Positions 1-8,646 of a DNA stretch of 64,000 nt are shown piece after piece; the stretch's first letter is position 1, and every line of letters begins with the position of its first letter. Both the position numbers and the translations under genes were made by a program. The stretch is from Ruminococcaceae bacterium UBA2857 (GTDB taxonomy: Bacteria > Bacillota > Clostridia > Oscillospirales > Acutalibacteraceae), in assembly GCA_002350705.1 (NCBI GenBank), contig DEFH01000053.1:127801-191800 (forward strand), in the 5' to 3' direction. The notes beneath the pieces were generated by a model. The model had not been told where the DNA came from and did not search any database. It saw only the letters and a program-made list of their open reading frames with translations.

Positions 1-1
1 T

Positions 2-328
2 TACATGGGTTCCGCCGACTGGATGCAGAGAAATCTGGACAAAAGAGTGGAGCTTGTCTTCCCTATCGAATCGCCCGATTTGATAGAGCGGTCTTTCGGC
101 ATGATTGACACTTTACAAAAAGATGTGCTCAATACCAGAATTCAACAGCCCGATACCACATACGTCCTGCTCGACAGAAGAGGCAAAAAAATCCATAATT
201 CCCAGCGTGAATTTTCTGACAGTGCCAAAAAGGCTTTGTCTTCCAAGAAAACAATCGAGCAGGAGGAAAAACAGTTTATTCCGCTGACAGGCGAAAACTT
301 CAAAAAGAATTTTGATAAAAATTTATGA
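2..328 (+). CDS. ppk1: polyphosphate kinase 1, C-terminal fragment (5' end lies outside the window)
   Basis: The frame is open from the window edge. 'GSADWMQRNLDKRVELVFPI' matches the C-terminal PLD-like domain motif of PPK1. Confidence 0.75.
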   Translation, partial: YMGSADWMQRNLDKRVELVFPIESPDLIERSFGMIDTLQKDVLNTRIQQPDTTYVLLDRRGKKIHNSQREFSDSAKKALSSKKTIEQEEKQFIPLTGENFKKNFDKNL

Positions 329-415
329 CAAAAATTTTCCTTGTTTTCTTGTAAATCTATGAAATATAGTGTAAAATAGTTGTCAGATATATATACAGCA
401 AAGGAGTGCAATGAA

Positions 416-1498
416 ATGAAACGAGTTGGAATATTGACAAGCGGCGGTGACTGTCAGGGACTGAACTCTGCCATCAGAGGTCTTGCCAAAGGCTTGTATG
501 AGCATTACGGCAATCAGGTAGAGATTTACGGTATTATTGACGGTTACAAAGGTCTGATCGAAGGGGAATATCGTCTGATGAAACCCGAAGACTTTTCGGG
601 AATCCTCACCAGAGGCGGTACGATTCTCGGCACATCCAGACAGCCGTTCAAACTTATGCGTGTAATTGATGATGAAACAAGTGTCGATAAAGTTGCGGCT
701 ATGAAAAAACACTACAATGAAATGAAACTGGATTGTCTTGTCGTACTGGGCGGCAACGGTACCCATAAAAGTGCCAATATGCTTTCCGAAGAAGGTTTGA
801 ATGTTGTCAGTATGCCGAAAACCATTGACAATGATATCTGGGGTACAGATGTTACCTTTGGTTTCCAGAGTGCCGTTGATATTGCCACGAATGTTATCGA
901 CTGCATACACACCACAGCAACTTCTCACGGACGTGTGTTCATTGTGGAGTGTATGGGACACAAGGCGGGCTGGCTGACACTGTACGCAGGCGTGGCAGGC
1001 GGTGCGGACGTGATTCTGATTCCTGAAATCCCCTACAAAATCAAGAACGTCATCAACTGCATCAAAAACCGTACCAAAGCAGGAAAAACTTTCTCGATTC
1101 TTGCGGTTGCGGAGGGTGCCATTGAAGAAGATGTCGCCAAGCTCCCCAAGAAAAAGAGAAAAGAAGCAATGGCTAATCTGATGTATCCGTCTATTTCGTA
1201 TAAAATCGCCCATGAAATCGAAGAGGCTACCGGTCAGGAAACCCGTGTGACCGTGCCCGGACACTTCCAGAGAGGCGGCAGTCCCGATGCTTACGACAGA
1301 TTTATTACCACCCGTTTCGGTGCGGCTGCGGCACAGTTTATCATTGAGGAAAAATACGGTTTCATGACAGGCATGGTCAACAATGAAATCGTTCCCGTAC
1401 CGCTCAAGGAAGTAGCAGGCAAACTCAAGGAAGTTCCTGTTGACTGTCCTGTGATTGCTTCGGCAAAAAGCATCGGAATCAGTTTCGGTGACGAATAA
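416..1498 (+). CDS. pfkA: 6-phosphofructokinase (ATP- or PPi-dependent PFK family)
   Basis: ATG at 416 sits 9 nt after AAGGAG (401-406). 'MKRVGILTSGGDCQGLNSAIRG', 'GGNGT' and 'MPKTIDND' are PFK family signatures. The track start at 380 is a TTG extension. Confidence 0.9.
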   Translation: MKRVGILTSGGDCQGLNSAIRGLAKGLYEHYGNQVEIYGIIDGYKGLIEGEYRLMKPEDFSGILTRGGTILGTSRQPFKLMRVIDDETSVDKVAAMKKHYNEMKLDCLVVLGGNGTHKSANMLSEEGLNVVSMPKTIDNDIWGTDVTFGFQSAVDIATNVIDCIHTTATSHGRVFIVECMGHKAGWLTLYAGVAGGADVILIPEIPYKIKNVINCIKNRTKAGKTFSILAVAEGAIEEDVAKLPKKKRKEAMANLMYPSISYKIAHEIEEATGQETRVTVPGHFQRGGSPDAYDRFITTRFGAAAAQFIIEEKYGFMTGMVNNEIVPVPLKEVAGKLKEVPVDCPVIASAKSIGISFGDE

Positions 1499-1505
1499 TG
1501 AAAAA

Positions 1506-1544
1506 AGCCCTCCTTTTTTGATGAAAAAGGGGGGCTGATTTTGG
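1506..1544. terminator. bidirectional rho-independent terminator between convergent genes
   Basis: The stem AGCCCTCCTTTTT / AAAAAGGGGGGCT has a 5-nt loop, with an A-run before it and a T-run after it. Confidence 0.6.
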
Positions 1545-1817
1545 CTATCTCATTTTTCTCAGATCGTCAATGGAATAAAAACTGTATGGAAAAAAGTACA
1601 CGTTTGTGCCTGTCGGATTGCCTTGTGCATAAAAATGGTTCTGCCATTTTACGATAACATAAGTGAGTGCACGCCATTCCTGTGTGCCGCCGTCTTTATA
1701 AATATCATAACGATACGGTGCGAACAGGACAGCACAGATGATCAAAGTCACAACAGAAATAATGATGCGTTTTTTCACAGAGATTTTCTTCTTCTTAGGC
1801 AGAGTTTCGTTCGTCAT
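1545..1817 (-). CDS. hypothetical small membrane-anchored protein
   Basis: The ORF has an internal start 'MTNETLPKKKKISVKKRIIISVVTLIICAVLF', a basic N-terminus followed by one TM helix. No family was recognised. Confidence 0.45.
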   Translation of the reverse strand: MTNETLPKKKKISVKKRIIISVVTLIICAVLFAPYRYDIYKDGGTQEWRALTYVIVKWQNHFYAQGNPTGTNVYFFPYSFYSIDDLRKMR

Positions 1818-1943
1818 CACAAAACATCTCCTTTTTATTATATAATAACAAATGTTTTCTGTCAAGCGTATTGCTAAAATGCAAAATCTACGGTATAATT
1901 AGCGAAGAAAGGCTATTTTTTATTTTCGGGGAGGTTTTTTGTC

Positions 1944-2342
1944 ATGACTAAAAAACAGGGAGAATATATCATGCGGGAAAGAAAAAGATGGGGATTTTTC
2001 GGAATTCCTTGGACATTTACCGTGTATACGCTCAAAGAAAAAAAACTCGTGATTGATACGGGATTTTTTACAAGTGTCAAAAATGAAATCCTGCTGTATC
2101 GTATTGTGGATATGTCGTATTCGAGAACGCTCGGACAAAAACTGTTCGGTCTCGGTACAGTGACCGTCTACTCAAAGGATAAAACCAATCCTACGCTTTT
2201 GATTAAGAACATTAAGCACTCCAATGACTTCTATGAAAGTCTTTCCGAGGCTGTCGAAAAAGACCGTATCCGCATGAAAATGCGTCAGAGTGAACAAATC
2301 ACCATTGACGGTGATGATGACTTCTACGAGGATATGGAATGA
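1944..2342 (+). CDS. bacterial PH (bPH_2/YdbS-like) domain protein
   Basis: 'TVYTLKEKKLVIDTGFFTSVKNEILLYRIVDMSYSRTLGQKLFGLGTVTVYS' has the pattern typical of bacterial PH domain proteins. GGGGAGG lies upstream of the ATG. Confidence 0.6.
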   Translation: MTKKQGEYIMRERKRWGFFGIPWTFTVYTLKEKKLVIDTGFFTSVKNEILLYRIVDMSYSRTLGQKLFGLGTVTVYSKDKTNPTLLIKNIKHSNDFYESLSEAVEKDRIRMKMRQSEQITIDGDDDFYEDME

Positions 2343-3163
2343 AACTGACTAAAATTCGGAAACAGTATGTTCCTTTTATGAAAGCGGGTGTACAGACGCT
2401 GATTGCTTACAGAATGAATTTTTTCGGTTTTGTGATAGGCGGTCTGATATACTGCTTTGTGATGTATTATTTATGGAAAGCGGTGTTTCAGTCATCGGGC
2501 GGAAGCGATTTCATGGGCTTTTCTATGGTGGATATGACAATTTATCTGTTTTTGTCCAATATCACAACACAACTGACTTTCAGCAGTGTCAGCGGTGACA
2601 TTGCCGAAGAAATCAAAGACGGCAGTATTGCCATGCGTTTAATCAAGCCTGTCAATACGGATTTGAGTTATCTGTTCAGTGAACTGGGCGGTTTTGGAAT
2701 GAAACTGCTTGTTTTTGCCCTGCCGATGATTGTCAGCCTTGAAATTTACCGTTTCTGCACAACAGGAAACGTCATGTTTCAGCCGATGAATTTTCTGCTG
2801 TATCTGCTGAGTGTCATTCTGGCATATCTGATTGCTTTCAGAGTCAATCTTTGCTTCGGATTCATGGCGTTTTATGTAAAAAATCTCTGGGGAATGAATA
2901 TCCTGAAAAACAGTATCATCAATTTTCTTTCGGGTACGCTGATACCGCTGGCATTCATGCCGGAGGTTCTGCGGAAAATTCTCGAATATATGCCGTTTTC
3001 ATCCATGAGCTATACGCCCGTGATGATATACATGGGAAAATATGATACATACGAAATGATTTTCCGTCTTGTCATGCAGGCGGTATGGGCATTTCTGATA
3101 TATGCCCTGTCAAAGATGATATGGCTGGGAGCCATTAAACGATTAAGCGTGCAGGGAGGGTGA
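2339..3163 (+). CDS. ABC-2 family transporter permease (DUF990-like)
   Basis: A 274-aa polytopic membrane protein whose start overlaps the upstream stop (ATGA). It is paired with a second paralogous permease, as in COG4587/COG3694-type systems. Confidence 0.6.
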   Translation: MKLTKIRKQYVPFMKAGVQTLIAYRMNFFGFVIGGLIYCFVMYYLWKAVFQSSGGSDFMGFSMVDMTIYLFLSNITTQLTFSSVSGDIAEEIKDGSIAMRLIKPVNTDLSYLFSELGGFGMKLLVFALPMIVSLEIYRFCTTGNVMFQPMNFLLYLLSVILAYLIAFRVNLCFGFMAFYVKNLWGMNILKNSIINFLSGTLIPLAFMPEVLRKILEYMPFSSMSYTPVMIYMGKYDTYEMIFRLVMQAVWAFLIYALSKMIWLGAIKRLSVQGG

Positions 3164-3166
3164 CGG

Positions 3167-3957
3167 ATGCGTAGATTTTTTAAAATTTACAGAATACTGG
3201 TTGCCCAGAATCTCAAACGCCTGATGGAATATAAAGCGGATTTTTTTGCAGGTGCAGTCAGTTTTCTGATTGACCAGGCGATTGGGATTGCCTTTATTTT
3301 CATTATCTTTTCACAGATACCGCAGCTTTCGGGCTTTACCTTTGAACAGATTGTGTTCATTTACGGGTTTTCACAGATTCCGAAAGGCATAGACCATCTT
3401 CTGACAGACAATTTATGGTGTGTAGGCTATTTCATTGTCAAGAAAGGCGATTTTGACAAGTATCTGACAAGACCGATCAATCCGCTTTTTCATGTGATAG
3501 CCGAGACTTTCCAGATAGACGCTGTCGGAGAACTGGTTGTCGGAATCGGCCTGATGATTTATGTAGGGGGAAGTGTGAATCTGTACGTGACACCGCTGAG
3601 TGTGCTGTTGTTTTTTGTGGTTATACCGTTTGCCATGCTGATTTATACAGCAATTAAAATTGCCACGGGTGCACTGGCATTTTGGCTGAAAAGCAGCGGT
3701 TTTATCATTCAGATGGTGTACGGTATGAATGAGTTTGCAAAATATCCCACAACGATATATTCTCCGTTTGTGAAAATGCTGATTACCTATATCATTCCCT
3801 TTGCGTTCACAGGCTACTATCCGCGATGTATTTTCTGACAGGGGAAAATCCGTTGTTTCACATTGGCGGAACGGTGGCAATATCTGTTGTGTTTATGTCG
3901 ATTGCCTTGTTGATCTGGCACAGGGGACTTTCTGCCTATGAAAGTGCGGGAAGCTGA
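3167..3957 (+). pseudogene. second ABC-2 (DUF990-like) permease, interrupted by an apparent 1-nt frameshift near 3821-3826
   Basis: The frame from 3167 stops at 3838 ('...GYYPRCIF*'). The adjacent frame continues without stops as 'AMYFLTGENPLFHIGGTVAISVVFMSIALLIWHRGLSAYESAGS*' to 3957, a plausible final TM helix. Confidence 0.6.
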
Positions 3958-3979
3958 ACAATAATGGAGGCGTGAATGA

Positions 3980-4231
3980 ATGCTGACGGCTATTCTTATT
4001 TTTCTGATTGCGGCGATAGTGGTAGGGTGTCTTTTGTTTGGCGTTCTGATGGCAATCCTGCCGTATCTGCTGGGAGGGCTGACAATTTTGATTGGAGCAG
4101 CTTTACTGTTTGGTGAGTTCGGAGACGTGATTAAAGGTTTTCTGAAAATTGTTTTTAAAATTGCTTTAGTAATCACGATTGCAGGACTGCTGTTGTATCT
4201 GGCAGATGGAGGGGCGTTGCTGTTGGCATGA
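3980..4231 (+). CDS. hypothetical small membrane protein (about 3 TM helices)
   Basis: An 83-aa, almost entirely hydrophobic ORF followed by a strong terminator. Confidence 0.4.
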   Translation: MLTAILIFLIAAIVVGCLLFGVLMAILPYLLGGLTILIGAALLFGEFGDVIKGFLKIVFKIALVITIAGLLLYLADGGALLLA

Positions 4232-4244
4232 ATATTGTATGAAA

Positions 4245-4290
4245 TTCCCGTATATGACCGAAAAGGTCATGTACGGGAAAATTTTTTTTT
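4245..4290 (+). terminator. rho-independent terminator
   Basis: A 15-bp stem (TTCCCGTATATGACC / GGTCATGTACGGGAA) with a GAAAA loop is followed by a run of 9 T. Confidence 0.75.
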
Positions 4291-4299
4291 GCATACCTC

Positions 4300-4328
4300 T
4301 TGACAAATAATACTATGTGTAGTATAGT
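4300..4328 (+). promoter_or_regulatory. sigma-A type promoter of the padR operon with an embedded inverted repeat
   Basis: TTGACA (4300-4305), a 17-nt spacer and TATAGT (4323-4328). The inverted repeat ATACTA-tgtg-TAGTAT (4310-4325) spans the spacer and the -10 box. Confidence 0.55.
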
Positions 4329-4350
4329 ATTATACGAAAGGAGGTATTCG

Positions 4351-4671
4351 ATGGATATACAAATCAAAAGAGGTTTGCTTGATGTGTGTGTGCTTGCCGC
4401 TATCAAAGACGAGGATTCCTACGGCTATCAGATCATCAAGGATATCAGACCGTATATTGAAATTTCGGAATCAACACTCTATCCGATACTGAGGAGACTG
4501 GAAACAGCGGAAATGCTTACCGTGAACTCTGTGGAACACAACGGCAGACTTCGCAAATATTACCATATCACTCAGTCGGGGCTTGACAGACTCAAAGCCT
4601 TTTCGGAGGAATGGAAGGAAATCACCGCTATTTATAACTATGTGACAAGGGAGAATGATGAGCATGAATAA
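4351..4671 (+). CDS. PadR family transcriptional regulator
   Basis: ATG at 4351 follows AGGAGG. 'LLDVCVLAAIKDEDSYGYQIIKDI...STLYPILRRLE' is the PadR winged-helix signature. Confidence 0.85.
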   Translation: MDIQIKRGLLDVCVLAAIKDEDSYGYQIIKDIRPYIEISESTLYPILRRLETAEMLTVNSVEHNGRLRKYYHITQSGLDRLKAFSEEWKEITAIYNYVTRENDEHE

Positions 4672-5269
4672 ACAGGAATTTCTCAATGACCTGTCGGAAA
4701 AATTGCAGGGTGTGCCGAAAGAGGACAGGGAAAAATCTCTGGAATATTATTCCGAAATGATTGATGACAGAATCGAGGACGGTCTGACACAGGAACAGGC
4801 TGTCAAAGCCATGGGCGGTGTCAGTGAAATTGCCGACAGAATTATCAGCGATATGCCTGTTGAAAAGCTGCTGAAAACAAAGGTCACACCTCAAAGAAAA
4901 CTGAGTGCGTTTGAAATCGTACTGCTGACGATCGGCTTTCCGATATGGTTTTCGATAGGCATATCACTGATTGCGGTGGCATTTACATTGTACTTGGTAT
5001 TGTGGGTGCTGATACTGTGCATTTATATCATTGCACTGTCATTTGCTGTGTCGGGTATAGCTGCAATTATCGCACTGTTTATGAGCTTGTTTAACGGTCA
5101 GGTTTTATCGGGAATGTTTATATTCGGCTGCGGGATGGTACTTCTGGGATTGGCAATCCCTGTATGCATGGAGGCAGGCAGAATGACTTTCGGCTATATC
5201 AGACTGACGGGGACGGGATTGAAAAAAATCAAATCGAAACTTGCTCAGAGAAAGGGGACTGAAAAATGA
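4664..5269 (+). CDS. DUF1700-like membrane protein (partner of PadR)
   Basis: 'MNKQEFLNDLSEKLQGVPKEDREKSLEYYSEMIDDRIEDG' is the DUF1700-type N-terminus, and the C-terminal half is polytopic membrane. It overlaps the padR stop. Confidence 0.7.
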   Translation: MNKQEFLNDLSEKLQGVPKEDREKSLEYYSEMIDDRIEDGLTQEQAVKAMGGVSEIADRIISDMPVEKLLKTKVTPQRKLSAFEIVLLTIGFPIWFSIGISLIAVAFTLYLVLWVLILCIYIIALSFAVSGIAAIIALFMSLFNGQVLSGMFIFGCGMVLLGLAIPVCMEAGRMTFGYIRLTGTGLKKIKSKLAQRKGTEK

Positions 5270-6177
5270 AGAAGTCAACCAAAATCAGCCTGCTGGTATC
5301 GCTGGCACTTGTCATCATCGGTGCCGTCCTGATATTTGTTTCACTCATGGTAGTGGGATTTGATATGAGAAAGTTCTCCAACATCAGCTTTGAAAAGAAA
5401 GTCTTTGATATTACGGACAGCTTTGACGGCGTTCATGTCAGCGAAATAACGGACGATATTGAAATATATCTTTCCGATGACAAAAACTGTAAAATCATCT
5501 GCTATGACAGTGAGAAAATTTACCATGAGTGCAATGTCAACGATGACGGACAATTAATGATTTTTTGCCGTGACGACAGACCTTGGTATGAAAAAATAGG
5601 ATTTTTCTACAAGGAAATCGAAAAAATACAAATTTATCTTCCAAATGAATTGTATGAAGAAATTTATGCATACTCTACCAACGGAAATATTACCATACCG
5701 AAAGGCTTTACATTTGACGAAGCACATCTTTCCGTAGTAAACGGAAAAATTCATTGCAGTGCCGATGTACTGCAAAATCTGACAGCAGAAACAACCAACG
5801 GAGATATTGCCTTGGACGGTGAACTGAACGGAAAAATACACGCTCTTACCACTAACGGAAAAATAGTTGCAAAGAATATCAAAAATGCAGGTTCTGCGGA
5901 TTTTACAACAACCAACGGTGATATTGAACCGGACGGAGAAATTATCAAATACTTTCAGGCACACTCCGTCAACGGCAGTATCAAATTCAGAGTGTCTGTT
6001 TCCGACAGGATGCATATGAATACCGTCAACGGCAGTATTACGGGAACGGTACCTGCCAATAAAAGCTATACTGCCCAAAGCACCAACGGTTCGGTCAATG
6101 TTCCCGACAGCGTTAATGATAACGGTGATTTCTATTTCAAGACCGTCAACGGCAATATTGATATTAAAAATAAATAA
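5266..6177 (+). CDS. DUF4097-like (putative adhesin / LiaF-like beta-repeat) protein with an N-terminal TM helix
   Basis: It contains repeated 'T(T/V)NG(D/S/K/N)I' strands ('TTNGDIALDG', 'TTNGKIVAK', 'TVNGSITG', 'TVNGNIDI'). Its start overlaps the upstream stop. Confidence 0.7.
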   Translation: MKKSTKISLLVSLALVIIGAVLIFVSLMVVGFDMRKFSNISFEKKVFDITDSFDGVHVSEITDDIEIYLSDDKNCKIICYDSEKIYHECNVNDDGQLMIFCRDDRPWYEKIGFFYKEIEKIQIYLPNELYEEIYAYSTNGNITIPKGFTFDEAHLSVVNGKIHCSADVLQNLTAETTNGDIALDGELNGKIHALTTNGKIVAKNIKNAGSADFTTTNGDIEPDGEIIKYFQAHSVNGSIKFRVSVSDRMHMNTVNGSITGTVPANKSYTAQSTNGSVNVPDSVNDNGDFYFKTVNGNIDIKNK

Positions 6178-6191
6178 CGGAGGAAACAATC

Positions 6192-6782
6192 ATGACAAAA
6201 CAGGAATTTTTAACGGCCCTGGAAGAAAGACTGAACGGTGTTTCGGAAAACAGGAAAAATGAATATCTGGACTACTATCAGGAACTTCTCGCTGACAAAA
6301 TCGAGGACGGTCTGACGGAAGAAGAGGCTGTCGGACAGCTTGATGTCAATGCGATTGCTGACGGCATTATCAAAGAAGTATCTCTCGGCATTGAGGACGG
6401 TGTGACCTATGTGGAAAACCATTCTGTTATTGACTGCACCAACCGCTACAAGATGGACAACGGCAAATATAATTTTATGGTCAAGGTGCCTGAGGGTACA
6501 AAATGGGAAGATGTCAAGGTGGAAGTGACACAGGGCTTCAAGGGCGAACATCTTTTTTATACGAATCTGATGGTATTCAGTAATTCGGAGGAATGGAAGT
6601 CATCTGTTGCATTCCGTTACAATTATGCAGGCTCCGACTACTATGAACTTATCACAAACAGGCTCGCACCGAACGGCATGGGAATCAGACTCTATCTGAA
6701 ATATCAGGATCATTACTATATGGCAACAGATACCGCTATCGGCAGTACGACTCCCGGACAAAGCTACTGGTTGGGAGCATAA
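6192..6782 (+). CDS. second DUF1700-like N-terminal domain protein, soluble (no TM region)
   Basis: 'MTKQEFLTALEERLNGVSENRKNEYLDYYQELLADKIEDGLTEEEAV' parallels the N-terminus of the 4664 gene. The C-terminal 130 aa are non-hydrophobic and unrecognised. Confidence 0.5.
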   Translation: MTKQEFLTALEERLNGVSENRKNEYLDYYQELLADKIEDGLTEEEAVGQLDVNAIADGIIKEVSLGIEDGVTYVENHSVIDCTNRYKMDNGKYNFMVKVPEGTKWEDVKVEVTQGFKGEHLFYTNLMVFSNSEEWKSSVAFRYNYAGSDYYELITNRLAPNGMGIRLYLKYQDHYYMATDTAIGSTTPGQSYWLGA

Positions 6783-6920
6783 TTGATATAAAATTTGTAC
6801 AAAAATAAAAATATAATATTGTGCAATTTTTCTTGATGTAACGAAAAATGAAAAAGCTGTTGCAATTATTACAAGTTTGTTATATAATGAGTGAGGTCTA
6901 AGAAAGGAAAGATTTTACTT

Positions 6921-8606
6921 ATGAATAAAAATATTAACAAACTTTTAGCTTGTACGATGTCGGCATTGATTATTTCTGCCGTTCCTGCCCTGCCGTCTGC
7001 AACGGTAACGGCTTATGCTCCGACACCCTCAACGATCTTTGTTGCAGCAGAAAGCGTGTCTCTCAGCAAATCCGAAATTGTTATCGGCAATGGCGAAAGT
7101 TATCAGCTTGCTTCGGCAGTTGTTCCGAACAATGCTTCCAATCAGTCTGTTTTGTGGATGACAAGCAACCCGAATGTGGCCTATGTGAGCAACACAGGAA
7201 AAGTCACTGCCAAAGGTGTCGGTACGGCTACCGTTTCTGTTGTGACGCACAACGGAAAAAAAGCTGTATGCTATGTGAAAGTGCAGGAAGCACCGTCTAA
7301 AATTACCCTGAACTGTCATAACATGGAAATGGGTATCGGTGAAACTTATAAATTTTATGCGACTGTTCCCGAAAATACGACCGCCTGTGTAAGAAGTTAC
7401 TCTTCCGGTGATAACAGCATTGTTTCCTTCGACTCCAAAGGTTATATGACAGCCAAAAAAGAGGGTACGGCAACGATTACCGTCAGGATTTTCAACGGCA
7501 AGACAGATACTTGTAAAGTAACAGTCAAAAAGGCTCCGTCGAGCATTACTCTGACAAAAAAAGTCCTCACGCTGGCAGAGGGAGACAACTATCAGTTCCA
7601 TGCCTATACCCCTGAAAATACAGCTTCCCATGTCAGAAAATATGTTTCCGCTGATAACAGCATTGTTTCCTGTGATGAAAGAGGAAATATCACTGCCAAA
7701 AAGGCAGGCACGGCTGTGATTACTGTGACTTCCTACAACGGCAAGACAGATACCTGCAAAGTGACTGTCAAGAAAAATCCCGACAAAATTTCCGTCAAAC
7801 AGGATTATGCCGAGCTTGAAACAGGTGATACTTTCAGAATCGTTTATTATTTGCCGAGTAACTCCTATCCCGCTAAGGTGACATACTACAGCAATAACCC
7901 AAACGTCGCCAATGTAGACGGAAACGGTCTTGTCACTGCCAAAAATGAGGGCAATGCAAAAATCACTGTGAAAACAGCCAACGGTAAAACAGCTTTTGTC
8001 AATGTCAAGGTCACTGAGCCTGTACAGATTTATGCATGGAGTTCCGATGATGACATCCTGAATTCCGCCAAGCTGAATCCCGTCAAAACCAATTCCAAGC
8101 TTTTGGACGATAAAATTGATAGTATTTTCGGTGATATCCTCTATTCCAAAATGACCGCTGCCCATAAGCTCAAGGCTTGCTATGACTATCTGGCAACCAA
8201 TATCAATTATGCGTATATCAGTTATGATTATTCCCCCTTATATGGTATGAATTATGTCTCGGATAATGACAGAGAGATTGTTTTGTCAGCGTATTCCACA
8301 CTGGTCAAAAAACTGGGCAACTGTTATGATTATGCGTGTACGCTTGCGGCAGTCATGCAGAGAATCGGCTATGATGCCCATGTTGTGCACGGACTGGTCG
8401 GCATGAGTGCAGGCGGCTACGGCAATCACTACTGGGTTGATGCGAACATCAACGGCAGACACTATATCTTTGATGCACAGGTTGAAAACAACAATCTGGG
8501 CTGGGGCAGCACAGTGAACCATTACTTCTATTGTTTAAGCCCTGACAGCACTTCCATGTATATCTATCAGAATACCTGGAGTACTTCCAATTTCAGAATA
8601 TATTAA
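6921..8606 (+). CDS. secreted protein with four Big_2 (bacterial Ig-like) domains and a C-terminal transglutaminase-like cysteine protease domain
   Basis: ATG at 6921 opens a signal peptide ('MNKNINKLLACTMSALIISAVPALPSA'). The Big_2 pattern '...TAKK.GTA.ITV....GKT..C.VTV' is repeated. The C-terminus shows a Cys-His-Asp core: 'GNCYDYA', 'GNHYWVDA', 'IFDAQ'. Confidence 0.7.
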   Translation: MNKNINKLLACTMSALIISAVPALPSATVTAYAPTPSTIFVAAESVSLSKSEIVIGNGESYQLASAVVPNNASNQSVLWMTSNPNVAYVSNTGKVTAKGVGTATVSVVTHNGKKAVCYVKVQEAPSKITLNCHNMEMGIGETYKFYATVPENTTACVRSYSSGDNSIVSFDSKGYMTAKKEGTATITVRIFNGKTDTCKVTVKKAPSSITLTKKVLTLAEGDNYQFHAYTPENTASHVRKYVSADNSIVSCDERGNITAKKAGTAVITVTSYNGKTDTCKVTVKKNPDKISVKQDYAELETGDTFRIVYYLPSNSYPAKVTYYSNNPNVANVDGNGLVTAKNEGNAKITVKTANGKTAFVNVKVTEPVQIYAWSSDDDILNSAKLNPVKTNSKLLDDKIDSIFGDILYSKMTAAHKLKACYDYLATNINYAYISYDYSPLYGMNYVSDNDREIVLSAYSTLVKKLGNCYDYACTLAAVMQRIGYDAHVVHGLVGMSAGGYGNHYWVDANINGRHYIFDAQVENNNLGWGSTVNHYFYCLSPDSTSMYIYQNTWSTSNFRIY

Positions 8607-8611
8607 AATCA

Positions 8612-8646
8612 AAAACTCCCGTAATTGCTTACGGGAGTTTTGTTTT
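8612..8646. terminator. bidirectional terminator between convergent genes
   Basis: AAAACTCCCGTAA-ttgc-TTACGGGAGTTTT is followed by T-rich sequence. Confidence 0.7.

Noticed and set aside
383-1264. Long antisense ORFs opposite well-supported genes. Examples are 383..1264, 7029..8165, 13969..14730, 27994..28722, 29375..30142, 31124..31963, 33262..34098, 37828..38577, 41670..42212, 51420..52169 and 55001..55534.
   Set aside because: These are shadow ORFs. The opposite strand encodes proteins with strong family motifs, and the translations are Cys/His/Arg-rich with no recognisable domains or ribosome-binding sites.
3826-3957. Treating the 43-codon ORF after the permease stop as an independent small gene.
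   Set aside because: It has no RBS and reads as a seamless continuation (final TM helix) of the upstream permease after a 1-nt frame change. It is therefore interpreted as a frameshift.
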